Positions 1-8,207 are shown, counted from the first letter of the stretch. The stretch is 14,875 nt of DNA from a bacterium (GCA_050125095.1 JASFEA010000078.1:1-14875); one strand, 5' to 3'. Made by a program: numbers and translations. Notes: a model not told the origin generated them from the letters alone.

Positions 1-87
1 CGGAACGGGGTCGGGTACTTCGGCATGGCTTAGCGGCGAAGTGTTCCTGGCGAGGTCGGTGAGGGCCTCCAGTACCATCGCTTTCAT
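1..87 (-). CDS. Zinc-dependent alcohol dehydrogenase family protein, N-terminal 29 aa (runs off the left edge)
   Basis: Not in the ORF track. ATG at 87 with AGGAG RBS upstream gives MKAMVLEALTDLARNTSPLSHAEVPDPVP, a typical MDR/Zn-ADH start (MKAMVL...PL...EVPDP.P). Confidence 0.65.
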   Translation of the reverse strand, partial: MKAMVLEALTDLARNTSPLSHAEVPDPVP

Positions 88-193
88 GTGTCACAATCTC
101 CTGCATTGAGCCGTATGCGAAGACCAATACGAGCATCATCGCCTCTTGCGCTTGGTTTGACAAGCTGGAAAGCCGCAGGATGCCGGCGGGTAC

Positions 194-1366
194 CTATCGC
201 GGAGGCGCCCCGGATCCCGCACAGGCTGAATCGAAAACGTCAATCGACCCGAGCACCTCTCCCGAGAAGTCGAAGACGGTGACGTTCTCCCAGGCCGAAC
301 CCAACGACGGCGCGGATATCCACTCGGGCGCCCAGTAGAAGACACCCAGCCCCAGCGAGCCCGGCACGTCGGCCACGATGTCCATGAGGTCAGCGAGAAA
401 CGCGCGCTGTCCCGCGACCGTGGCGGGATAGCCCGGCAGCAGGTGCTCCGGCAGGCCCACCATGTTATGCGTGTTGTCATGCCAGTCCAGCGTCCAGGGG
501 TAGGCCGTCTCCGCGATCACGATATCCTTACCGTAGCGGTATGAGAGGTCGGCGAGATTGGCCTCGAGGTCGTCAAGCGTGCCGTGCCACCACGGGTAGA
601 AAGACTGGCCGATTATGTCGAAGTCCACACCCTCGGCGATGAGGTGGTCGAAGAACCAGCGGCCCGCACTGTTGTCACCGCCGCGGTCTATGTGGATCAT
701 GATCCGGACGCTGTCCTCCGGCGCAGTCGCATCCCGGACGCCCCGGATCCCGGCGGATACGAGAGTCCCGAATACTTCCCATTGCTCCTCTGAATCGAAT
801 GAATCACATACGCGTCCGTCGTCCCAGAGCATGCCGCAGATAATCTCGTTCCCGATCTGCACCATGTCCGGCATCGTGCCCTGCGCGTCGAGCGCCTCAA
901 TCACGCTTCGCGTATACTCGCGCACGCTGTCCGCGAGCGCCTCGCCCCCCACGCCCGACCAGGCCGCCGGCTTCTTCTGACGCCCCGGGTCCGCCCAGGT
1001 GTCGGAGTAATGGAAATCGACTAGCAATCCAAGGCCCTTCTCCCTGGCGCGCGCCGCCATCAGGAGTGTGCTCCCAAGGTCGCAATAGCCCCCGGCCGGG
1101 TCCAGCCATATTCTAAGGCGAATGAAGTTGAAACCGTGATCCCGGAAGATATCGAGCGCGTCGCGGGGCTCTCCGCCCTCGGTGTAGATGCCTCCCCCGT
1201 CCTCAACCTGCTCGAGGAAGGAGACGTCCGCGCCCTTTATGAATTCAACCTGGCCGCATTCGCCGTCCAATGAGAGAAATACGGCCACGAGGGGCACAAG
1301 CAGACACAGGACAGGAGCCCGCAGCCAAGTCCGCAGTCTTCGGAGGCCGCGCGATTGGACGGGCAC
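194..1366 (-). CDS. Secreted arabinogalactan endo-1,4-beta-galactanase (GH53)
   Basis: Motifs IKGADVS, IRLRIW, DFHYSDTWADPG.Q.KP.AW, VQIGNEI (acid/base Glu), IAETAYP (nucleophile Glu) and GVFYW; basic then hydrophobic N-terminus. GTG start overlaps the upstream TAG by 1 nt (TAGTG). Confidence 0.93.
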   Translation of the reverse strand: MPVQSRGLRRLRTWLRAPVLCLLVPLVAVFLSLDGECGQVEFIKGADVSFLEQVEDGGGIYTEGGEPRDALDIFRDHGFNFIRLRIWLDPAGGYCDLGSTLLMAARAREKGLGLLVDFHYSDTWADPGRQKKPAAWSGVGGEALADSVREYTRSVIEALDAQGTMPDMVQIGNEIICGMLWDDGRVCDSFDSEEQWEVFGTLVSAGIRGVRDATAPEDSVRIMIHIDRGGDNSAGRWFFDHLIAEGVDFDIIGQSFYPWWHGTLDDLEANLADLSYRYGKDIVIAETAYPWTLDWHDNTHNMVGLPEHLLPGYPATVAGQRAFLADLMDIVADVPGSLGLGVFYWAPEWISAPSLGSAWENVTVFDFSGEVLGSIDVFDSACAGSGAPPR

Positions 1367-3321
1367 TATCGTACCCTGACCACCTTCTGGCTCACGCTTA
1401 TATCGCCCGATTCAAGGCGACAGAAGTATGCCCCGGGAGACACTCTCCTGCCCATGTCATCAAGCCCGTCCCAGGCGGTTGACCGCGTACCGGGCTCGGC
1501 CACGCCCTCAAGTAACGTTCTGACCTTCCGTCCCTTGATGTCATAGACCTCGAGCCTGATGTGGGAGACAACCGGCACCGTGAATGACAAACGCGTGCTG
1601 GTGGTGAAGGGACTCGGATAAGCCGGCCCGAGCGCGAATCCCCCATGCGCGGCCTGCACCGCCTCCACCGCCGCGTTCGGATTGACTACCGTGAACGAAT
1701 CGACAATCGAGCTGCCCGTATTGATCGCCTCGAAGTGAAGCAGGGGACCGTCGATATCGACCGTGCAGAAGTGGTAGGTCTTAGAAGTCGCGACTATGTA
1801 TGGATAGGAGTCATTTGGAGTATAAAGCGGCGCACCCGCGCCACCCGTCGTAACATGATGTATGTCGTTTACCACGGCGCGTGCGTAGTAATGGTTATGG
1901 CCTGCGAAGAGCATCGAGACGCCATGCTGGATAAGAAGAGGATGGATGACCGACTGAACTGTCGTGTTGTTCTCATGGCCCCCGGCCGACCAGCCCGGCT
2001 CATGGAGGTAGACTATCTTATACGGCTTGTCCGTAGTGGCCAGGTCGTTCACCAGCCACGCAAGCTGAGGAGACCCCGTCCCGTATGGCACGTACTGGTC
2101 AAGGACGGTGAAATGCACGGGCCCGTAATCAAAAGACCAGTACCTGTCGGCGACGTATGGACAAGGGAAGTACTTCTCAAAGAGAACCCCGTCTTCCTCG
2201 TGATTCCCCATACATGACTGATAGGGCAGGCAGGCCATCATCTCTCGAAGATAAGCGTAATCGGCGAATAGCTCGGTGTCCCATTCGGATTCGATATCCC
2301 CGTCCGACACCAGATCTCCCATCGACAGGATAATGGTCTGGAGGTCGGGGTCGGCCGTGTACTCAGCGATAACGTCCTGGGCCACCAGGTTATGGGCCGC
2401 AGGATACGTGCGGCAGTCGCCATAGGCAAAGAACTTGACCTGCATGGCTTCATCCGCCGGCGCGGCCCGGAAGGACCCGGCGTACTGCCCGGCCCCGGCA
2501 TTAACTCTATAATGATAGAGATTGCCGGGAGTGAGGCCGGTGATTGTATATGTATGCTGATAGTCCGTCCCGTAGACACCGGTCTCCGCGCTCCCCATCG
2601 AGTAGGAAGTATCGGTGCCCCACTCTATAAGGCACGAGTCCGGCAGCGAGAGCTGCCAGTGCACGTCCATCTCAGTATTGACATCGGAGTATATGAGGTA
2701 TGGCTGCTTTCTCACTAGCGTGGGCAGCGTTTCGAGACCAATCAGCTCGAGGTCGAAGCTTATATCTGAGCTCGTCCGCGACTGCTGGTGTATCTCGACC
2801 GCGATGACGTTGCTGCCGGCGAAGAGATCGTCCGCATAGAAATAGAGATCCTGGAAGGCGTCCTCATCACTGCTCCCGATAACATTCGGCGCGAGCGTCA
2901 TATAGCCGACCGGGCCATCCGGCATGTTGGCTCGTCTGACCTCGGTCCCGTTGAGATAGACAACCGCTCCGTCGTCCCGGACAAGCCTCAGCTTCATGCA
3001 GACGTAAGGCGAAGGGTCTACAACGTCGAAGGCATGCCTGAAATACGTCGTCACGTATTTGCTGCTCGAGCTGGGGCCGTAGCTCACCACGGTCGCCTCA
3101 TCCCCGTCGCCGTAGCCGAGCTGGGCGGGTCCGCTCGCCCATGCCGTGTCGGCGAATCCCGGAGCCGTCCAGGCCGCACCCTGGTCGGAGCCGTCATCGA
3201 GATACTTCCAGACGGAACCCGCGGAAACAAAAGTCATATCGGCGTGGGCTGCCGTCGAGGCCAGAACGGCCAGGAGCGCGATAACACCGGCACTCTTGAG
3301 ATATAAGTGTTCTGAAAGCAT
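1366..3321 (-). CDS. Secreted calcineurin-like metallophosphoesterase (PAP-like) with N-terminal beta-sandwich domain, FN3-like domain and C-terminal FlgD-Ig/T9SS-type sorting domain
   Basis: Signal peptide ending AHA. N-domain WKYLDDGSDQG...LGYGDGDE...DDGAVVYLNG...AVEIHQ; FN3-like HTYTITGLTPG..YHYRV; metal motifs GDCR, GDLV, GNHE, HEP, GHNH; C-terminal YPSPF...VYDIKGRKVRTL...WDG.D..G..V.PG.YF.RL. Confidence 0.88.
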   Translation of the reverse strand: MLSEHLYLKSAGVIALLAVLASTAAHADMTFVSAGSVWKYLDDGSDQGAAWTAPGFADTAWASGPAQLGYGDGDEATVVSYGPSSSSKYVTTYFRHAFDVVDPSPYVCMKLRLVRDDGAVVYLNGTEVRRANMPDGPVGYMTLAPNVIGSSDEDAFQDLYFYADDLFAGSNVIAVEIHQQSRTSSDISFDLELIGLETLPTLVRKQPYLIYSDVNTEMDVHWQLSLPDSCLIEWGTDTSYSMGSAETGVYGTDYQHTYTITGLTPGNLYHYRVNAGAGQYAGSFRAAPADEAMQVKFFAYGDCRTYPAAHNLVAQDVIAEYTADPDLQTIILSMGDLVSDGDIESEWDTELFADYAYLREMMACLPYQSCMGNHEEDGVLFEKYFPCPYVADRYWSFDYGPVHFTVLDQYVPYGTGSPQLAWLVNDLATTDKPYKIVYLHEPGWSAGGHENNTTVQSVIHPLLIQHGVSMLFAGHNHYYARAVVNDIHHVTTGGAGAPLYTPNDSYPYIVATSKTYHFCTVDIDGPLLHFEAINTGSSIVDSFTVVNPNAAVEAVQAAHGGFALGPAYPSPFTTSTRLSFTVPVVSHIRLEVYDIKGRKVRTLLEGVAEPGTRSTAWDGLDDMGRRVSPGAYFCRLESGDISVSQKVVRVR

Positions 3322-3371
3322 GATCCCAATACCTCTCCCTGAAAGTCCGTGATCGTAGGCTTCCCGCGCCT

Positions 3372-3400
3372 ATTCTATCAGATATCGGGGCAATTAACAA
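3372..3400 (-). promoter_or_regulatory. Putative sigma70 promoter for the metallophosphoesterase-GH53 pair
   Basis: Minus strand TTGTTA (3400-3395), 17-nt spacer, TAGAAT (3377-3372) with extended -10 TG. Confidence 0.6.
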
Positions 3401-3407
3401 GCGCTCC

Positions 3408-3461
3408 GCCCGTCTACTCAGATGCGCAAGCCGGACTTGAAGTCAGCCTGAACAGGCGGGC
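3408..3461 (-). terminator. Stem-loop immediately after the HD gene stop (possible terminator or stabiliser)
   Basis: In the minus-strand RNA, GCCCGCCUGUUCAG pairs with CUGAGUAGACGGGC (14 bp, 2 G-U, 1 mismatch), with an inner GACU/AGUC hairpin. The U-tract is weak. Confidence 0.4.
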
Positions 3462-4055
3462 TCATTCGGCGAGGAACCCTTGCTCTACGGCATCCCGGAT
3501 GAGACCGGCTGCGAACTCCCAGACGCCGGGCATGTGACCCGCAATCGGTTGCGCGCGCATGAGGACACGTTCGCTCGTAACCTGGTGCTTCTGCCACGAT
3601 TTGCCGCCCGAGTGGTAGTTGAGAAGCAGTGGCTGCAGGCGGTCAAGCGCGTTGGCGAAGCGTGCCTCCCGCGTGGTCATCTCCTCGAACTCATCCCAGA
3701 GTGATCTTATCTCGCTCCCCTGGTCATCGGGAAGCATGGCGAAGATACGATCGGCCGCCCGGGTCTCGCGCTCGCTCTTGTCCTTCGCCCCCTCTTCGTC
3801 ATAGCAGTAGGTATCGCCGGCGTCTATCTCTACAAGATCATGGACTAGTACCATCTTGAGGACCTTCAGAATGTCGACGCTCCTGCCCTCTGCATACTCG
3901 GCCAGCAGTATCGCCATCATGGCAAGATGCCACGAATGCTCCGCGTCATTCTCGTGGCGATTCGTTCCAATCACCACGGTCCGCCGCAGCACCTGTTTGA
4001 TCCTGTCTATCTCCACGATGAACGCCATCTGCTTCTCGAGACGTTCGCTATCCAT
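3462..4055 (-). CDS. HD-domain phosphohydrolase (HD_3 / YfbR-like 5'-deoxynucleotidase family)
   Basis: ENDAEHSWHLA, HDLVEIDAGD, LW.EFE, EARFA.ALDRLQP motifs; AGGAGG RBS. Confidence 0.9.
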   Translation of the reverse strand: MDSERLEKQMAFIVEIDRIKQVLRRTVVIGTNRHENDAEHSWHLAMMAILLAEYAEGRSVDILKVLKMVLVHDLVEIDAGDTYCYDEEGAKDKSERETRAADRIFAMLPDDQGSEIRSLWDEFEEMTTREARFANALDRLQPLLLNYHSGGKSWQKHQVTSERVLMRAQPIAGHMPGVWEFAAGLIRDAVEQGFLAE

Positions 4056-4120
4056 GGCAGCGCCCTCCTGAGATCATGCCGGAATGCCGGGACGCCCGCG
4101 CCGGCATCAAAGCGCTTGCA

Positions 4121-5005
4121 CTACTTGGCCAGCAGGTCCTTATCAAAGGAAGCGAGCTCCCCGCCCAGCTTCCAGATGCGGAGCCTGGATTCCTTGGGCT
4201 TGCCCAGAAGTTCATACATCTCCCTGTTGAGTCCCCAGAGCTCAATCCCCGTAAGCGTAACGGGTTCATGGGGCAATGTAATCCTCTTATATGAAATCCC
4301 GGGGAATATATTGAGAAGACGAGGCGTCAGCACAAGAAGGTCTATCTTGGTAGACCCCGTTTCGGTACGGGTAATCTTAAGGGGGTAGTACAAGTGGTCG
4401 GTCTCGAAGCGGTATTGAATCGCCTCACTGGTCCTGGGTTCCTCACACAGCGAAACCACATCGAAGACAAAATACTTGAATCCCTCCACCAGGTACTCCT
4501 GGACTACGGGCTTCAGTGACTCGGGTATGGTCGGATTCTCGGCGCCGGCCGAGTCCAGGTACTCCACGACCCAGGCGACAAAACCAGTCTCGTCGAGCAC
4601 ATGTGTGACCGAGATGTCGTGCGACCCGATCCTTTCATGGAACGTGACTTCTCCGGCCGGTTTCTCGTCCTCTTCCCCGGGTCCCTTTGCGCCACGCGTC
4701 GTCATCTTCTCAACCAGCTTTCTGTTGATGAGGGCGGTCGCCTTTGCAAATACTTCAACATCACCCTTCTTGACGACCGGCTCGGATGGAAGCGGAAGAA
4801 CCTCTAGCACCATTGTGGACTCGGAAGCCGCAAGATCCGTCGAGAGCAGCAATATCTCCTCCTCGCCGTTCCAGGCGATAAGCGCGCGCTGGTTGGGCTC
4901 GAATATCTCGACTCCGGGTTTGAACGGAATCGACCCGCGGTCGGCGCAGGCCGTCGATATGGCCAGGGCGATCATGATCGCCGCGAAACAGACTGTTCTT
5001 TTCAT
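4121..5005 (-). CDS. Secreted DUF2330-like protein
   Basis: Signal peptide, then Q.ALIAWNG.EE.LLL, VLPLPSEP.V, IG.HDISV, Y...GF.YFV, I.YRF....LYYPLKIT. ATG overlaps the upstream TGA (ATGA). Confidence 0.7.
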   Translation of the reverse strand: MKRTVCFAAIMIALAISTACADRGSIPFKPGVEIFEPNQRALIAWNGEEEILLLSTDLAASESTMVLEVLPLPSEPVVKKGDVEVFAKATALINRKLVEKMTTRGAKGPGEEDEKPAGEVTFHERIGSHDISVTHVLDETGFVAWVVEYLDSAGAENPTIPESLKPVVQEYLVEGFKYFVFDVVSLCEEPRTSEAIQYRFETDHLYYPLKITRTETGSTKIDLLVLTPRLLNIFPGISYKRITLPHEPVTLTGIELWGLNREMYELLGKPKESRLRIWKLGGELASFDKDLLAK

Positions 5006-5463
5006 TCTCTTCCCTCCATGGCCTGAAGATCTTTCCTGAAGTGTATCTTGCGCTGCACTTCTTCATAGCCGAGCGCCCTGTGCGCCGCCGGGCTGTCTGG
5101 GTACCTGGGTGTCGTGTCGGAAGCCATCTCGAGGCATCCCCTGGCGCGCGCCCATTTCTCAGCCTCTTCCACCAGCCGCCGGCCTAACCCGCGTCTCCGC
5201 ATGTCCGCGTCCACATACCAGCCTTCCAGGTAGCCCACGTTCCTCGTCCTGCACTTCTCGGCAGTCTGACGAATGGACACCTCCACCATTCCGCACAGGC
5301 CGCCACCCTCCCTCTCGGCTACGAAAACGGGCTGGGTCTCGAGCCGGCCGAGCATGTCGGAAACTTCGGCCTTGAGCTCGTCCGGGTCATGATGGGGCCA
5401 GAGCGCCATGCGCATTCGCAGCCACTCTTCAACGTCATGCTCTGTCAGGTAGCGGATATTCAT
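5002..5463 (-). CDS. GNAT acetyltransferase, aminoglycoside 6'-N-acetyltransferase AAC(6')-I-like
   Basis: Start moved to ATG 5463 (GGAGA RBS, 4 nt after the tag stop). Motifs WLRMRMALWP, GYLEGWYV, RRRGLGRRL (acetyl-CoA binding), WAR.RGC.EMASDT, HRALGY, FRK.L. Confidence 0.82.
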   Translation of the reverse strand: MNIRYLTEHDVEEWLRMRMALWPHHDPDELKAEVSDMLGRLETQPVFVAEREGGGLCGMVEVSIRQTAEKCRTRNVGYLEGWYVDADMRRRGLGRRLVEEAEKWARARGCLEMASDTTPRYPDSPAAHRALGYEEVQRKIHFRKDLQAMEGRE

Positions 5464-5467
5464 GCGC

Positions 5468-5551
5468 TTATCTCCCAGCTTTACTCCCGCGTGTCCTGCC
5501 GCTTGCCCTACCGCTCTTACTGCCTCTCTTGATGCCGCTCTTAATGCCGCG
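5468..5551 (-). repeat. Seven degenerate 12-nt tandem repeats encoding the basic C-terminal tail of Tag
   Basis: Minus strand: CGCGGCATTAAG AGCGGCATCAAG AGAGGCAGTAAG AGCGGTAGGGCA AGCGGCAGGACA CGCGGGAGTAAA GCTGGGAGATAA = RGIK SGIK RGSK SGRA SGRT RGSK AGR*. Confidence 0.8.
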
Positions 5552-6145
5552 CATCTTCCCAACCTCTTTATGTCTGAAGCAGGAGACAAGGTGGTCATTC
5601 ACCATTCCCGCGGCCTGCATATATGCGTAGCAGATGGTCGGGCCGACGAAACTGAAGCCGCGCTCTTTAAGGTCCTTGCTCATTGCCCTGGACTCGGAGG
5701 TCTCACAGGGGATCTGCTTCAGCGCTTTCCACTTGTTCTGTCTGGTCTTGCCGCCCACGAACTGCCAGATATATCTGTCGAAGCTCCCGAACTCCTCCTG
5801 CACCTTCAGAAAAGCGCGCGCATTCCTGACGGCGCCCTCAATCTTGCGCCTGTTCCTTACGATGCCGGGGTCCCTGAGCAACCTCTCGATCTTGCGCCCG
5901 TCGAACTTCGCTACCTTCCTGGGGTCGAATCCCGCGAAGGCTCTGCGGTAGCCGTCACGCTTATTGAGGATAGTGCTCCAGCTCAAGCCCGCCTGGGCGC
6001 CGTCAAGCACGAGGAATTCGAAATGGGTAATATCGTCATGAACCGGCACTCCCCACTCCTCATCGTGATACCTCATGTAAACCGTCCCCGACTTCTCCGT
6101 GGCCCATGGGCACCTTGTCTGTTCGCGCTCAAGCCTCACTGCCAT
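5468..6145 (-). CDS. tag: DNA-3-methyladenine glycosylase I
   Basis: RCPW, YHDEEWG, QAGLSW.TIL.KR, IVRNR.KI, GF.FVGPT.CY..MQA.G.VNDH...C (Zn ligands C, H, H, C). Start ATG 6145 with GAGGAG RBS. Confidence 0.95.
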   Translation of the reverse strand: MAVRLEREQTRCPWATEKSGTVYMRYHDEEWGVPVHDDITHFEFLVLDGAQAGLSWSTILNKRDGYRRAFAGFDPRKVAKFDGRKIERLLRDPGIVRNRRKIEGAVRNARAFLKVQEEFGSFDRYIWQFVGGKTRQNKWKALKQIPCETSESRAMSKDLKERGFSFVGPTICYAYMQAAGMVNDHLVSCFRHKEVGKMRGIKSGIKRGSKSGRASGRTRGSKAGR

Positions 6146-6170
6146 AACCTGCGGCTCCTCTCTTTTCTCT

Positions 6171-6199
6171 ACTCTACGAAAGCTTAACATGTTACGCAA
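6171..6199 (-). promoter_or_regulatory. Putative sigma70 promoter for tag, with a palindrome in the spacer
   Basis: TTGCGT (6199-6194), 17 nt, TAGAGT (6176-6171); perfect palindrome TAACATGTTA at 6185-6194. Confidence 0.5.
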
Positions 6200-6255
6200 A
6201 CCGATGGAACAGGCGCTACATCCGGACGCCCGGGGGCGGACAATGGGAGCAGTAC

Positions 6256-6753
6256 TCAGGGGGTAAGCGAGTAAATGAAATACCTCTCGTCGCCCCGCAT
6301 TATCGTCTGCTCCTGCTTCATGCCGATCTTCTCGGAGACTTTCCGCGAGGCAATATTGTCGGGCCTTATCAGGCTTATGATTCTGGGCATGTGGAGGGTA
6401 AACAGGGCAAAGTCGCGGACGGCCCGCGCCGCCTCGGAGGCAAGGCCCTGGTTCCAGTAGTCGCTGCGGAAGTCATAGCCCAGTTCCACTTCCTGCTTCC
6501 CTTCAACCTCCATGTGCTCTAGCCCGCAGTCCCCGACGATAACCTGGTCATCCTTGTGAATCACGGTGAAGAGCCCGTAGCCATGCTTTTGCTGGTGGAT
6601 GATGTTGCGCCAGACCCACTTTTCCATCTGGCCGCGGTTAAATGGCGGGACACCGAAGGACTTCATGACCTTGGGATCCGCAAATATCTTCAAGAGCCCG
6701 TCAATGTCCTCCGGCCGCATCATTCTCAATATGAGACGTCTTGTCTCAAGCAA
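6256..6753 (-). CDS. GNAT N-acetyltransferase, RimJ/RimL family
   Basis: LETRRLILR, GDCGL, EVELGY, YWNQGLASEAA, I.PDNIAS.KV.EKIGM. TTG start directly abuts the upstream TGA. Confidence 0.9.
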   Translation of the reverse strand: MLETRRLILRMMRPEDIDGLLKIFADPKVMKSFGVPPFNRGQMEKWVWRNIIHQQKHGYGLFTVIHKDDQVIVGDCGLEHMEVEGKQEVELGYDFRSDYWNQGLASEAARAVRDFALFTLHMPRIISLIRPDNIASRKVSEKIGMKQEQTIMRGDERYFIYSLTP

Positions 6754-7548
6754 TCAGAATCCCCGGACGATTATGGTGCCATTGACAACTGAAAGTCCAA
6801 TCGTGCCGTCCCCTTCCCCCAGCCTGCCCGTCAGCGAACCCGGCGCAGTGACGATATCCACGAGCGGCAGGTTGGGGAAACTGACGCCGCCGTTGACGAA
6901 GCTCGCAGAGAACATCGCTGACGTACTCACCGGTACCTGTATGTCTATCTCGCCGTTCACGACGCTCATGCTCACGACTGCCTGAGGCGGCAGCGTCACA
7001 TCTCCCTCTATCCTACCATTGACCACGCTCCCTGTGACGCTCGCTATGATGTCGGCGAGCGATAGGGTTCCATTTACCACCTGCGCCGCTACCGGCTTTT
7101 CGACCGAGTCTATGGAAATGGTGCCGTTCACGCCGGCTATACTCACCGCAAGGTCGGTCGGTATGACTATGTCGTAATCGACTTCATATAGCCTTCCGCC
7201 GGAATATTCGGGCTGGTCGGTCACGGCGCTTACGATACCCGCCTCGTTCGTGACCTCGACGCTAATAGAGTCAAGGTGTTCCAGCGCGTCATCCGGGCTG
7301 TCCGAAGTCACGCGCTTCTCGCCCCTCACCACGATGGAGTCCGACCAGGCCGAACCCGTGATGCTAATGTCGCCCGATACACCCGAGACCGTGAGCAGCA
7401 CCTGCTCGAAGACCTGGAACCTGTAATAGAATGGCTCTTTGGCGACCGAATCCCGGTCCGGGCCGGTGGTGCTGTCGCTGCAGCTCGAAACCAGGAAAAA
7501 CAGGCCGAGGACCACAAGCAGCGTGATCTTAAAGGCGTGCTTTCTCAT
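6754..7548 (-). CDS. Lipoprotein with DUF4097-type beta-strand repeats (putative adhesin family)
   Basis: Hydrophobic stretch with lipobox VSSC; repeated (V/G/F)VNG.(I/L/V) turns; VDY.I.IP motif; GGAGG RBS. Confidence 0.8.
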   Translation of the reverse strand: MRKHAFKITLLVVLGLFFLVSSCSDSTTGPDRDSVAKEPFYYRFQVFEQVLLTVSGVSGDISITGSAWSDSIVVRGEKRVTSDSPDDALEHLDSISVEVTNEAGIVSAVTDQPEYSGGRLYEVDYDIVIPTDLAVSIAGVNGTISIDSVEKPVAAQVVNGTLSLADIIASVTGSVVNGRIEGDVTLPPQAVVSMSVVNGEIDIQVPVSTSAMFSASFVNGGVSFPNLPLVDIVTAPGSLTGRLGEGDGTIGLSVVNGTIIVRGF

Positions 7549-7577
7549 CGTCTCCCTCCGTTATCAGGGGCAAACCC

Positions 7578-7606
7578 AGAATACCACGCCTAACGGCCGA
7601 TGTCAA
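7578..7606 (-). promoter_or_regulatory. Near-consensus sigma70 promoter upstream of the DUF4097 lipoprotein
   Basis: TTGACA (7606-7601), 17 nt, TATTCT (7583-7578) with extended -10 TG. Confidence 0.75.
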
Positions 7607-7614
7607 AACAGGCC

Positions 7615-8070
7615 TCAGCGGGAAGGCGCTCTTGCCGCCGTCTGCAGAAGCACGATACCCACAATGATCGACGCAAGCCCCACGGCGATCCTCAGGTCCA
7701 CGTGCTGGGTGCCGCGCGCAAGACCCAGCAGCGTACCTGCTAGCGGCGCGAGGGCGAATGCTATCGCCAGTGTCACGCCCAGATTCTCAGAGGTCGCCAA
7801 TGCCGCATAGAACGCCCACATCCCCAGGCTTCCGGCCACGATGCCGCCGGCGACGACTATGGTCACCCAGGCCCGCGTATTCGACGGATCGGCGATGGAC
7901 TTCCAAGCGGGAATCGACACCAGCCCCAGTATGATAACGGCGATGCCTGTCCTTAGGGCGATCCCGGCTATGGGCGGGAGCCCCAGCTTCTGAAGAGCCG
8001 CCTTCTCGAAGTAACCTCCCACTCCCCAGGCGACGCCGGCGATTATGGCATAGATGATGTAGGGTTTCAT
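7615..8070 (-). CDS. Small EamA/DMT-superfamily membrane protein (single repeat, about 5 TM helices)
   Basis: Start moved to ATG 8070 (GGAGG RBS). YAIIAGVAWGVGGYFEKAAL, ..ALRT, G...FY.AL; five hydrophobic segments in 151 aa. Confidence 0.8.
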   Translation of the reverse strand: MKPYIIYAIIAGVAWGVGGYFEKAALQKLGLPPIAGIALRTGIAVIILGLVSIPAWKSIADPSNTRAWVTIVVAGGIVAGSLGMWAFYAALATSENLGVTLAIAFALAPLAGTLLGLARGTQHVDLRIAVGLASIIVGIVLLQTAARAPSR

Positions 8071-8135
8071 GCTCGCGTCCCTCCGTTGTTCTTGACTCTC
8101 AACAGATAAAACACGATGCGAGGAATTCAATCAAT

Positions 8136-8195
8136 GCAAAAAGCGGAACCGTCCGTGCCGGGACACCTTACTCCTGTCATGGTCCCGGCCGACGG
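8136..8195 (-). terminator. Intrinsic-terminator-like hairpin
   Basis: Inverted repeat CCGTC..GCCGGGAC (8149-8164) / GTCCCGGC.GACGG (8182-8195), followed on the minus strand by TTCCGCTTTTTGC. It lies just after the stops at 8205-8210. Confidence 0.5.
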
Positions 8196-8207
8196 CCACA
8201 AAGGCTA

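Noticed and set aside
95-150. GGCGATGATGCTCG on the minus strand upstream of the ADH, resembling the start of a fluoride riboswitch
   Set aside because: The GAUGG core, the closing CGCC and the UAAUGAC..CUAC pseudoknot partner are missing.
4077-4110. ATGCCGG twice plus one CCGGCAT, allowing alternative hairpins before the HD gene RBS
   Set aside because: Short GC-rich 7-mers; neither pairing covers the RBS, so there is no support for a switch.
6002-6004. Asp instead of the Glu38-equivalent in Tag (LDGAQAGLSW)
   Set aside because: A conservative change that I recall in other Tag homologs; all other motifs are intact.
5462-6187. 241-aa plus-strand ORF, and similar ones at 8387-9193, 10741-11589, 1645-2217, 4476-5039 and 12373-12897
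   Set aside because: Antisense shadows of well-supported minus-strand genes, expected with GC-rich codon usage; no recognisable motifs.
6732-6756. Possible selenocysteine UGA with a SECIS-like hairpin
   Set aside because: The loop is only 11 nt from the UGA and lacks a G in its first positions; the UGA falls at the natural end of a DUF4097 domain, not at a Cys-equivalent site.
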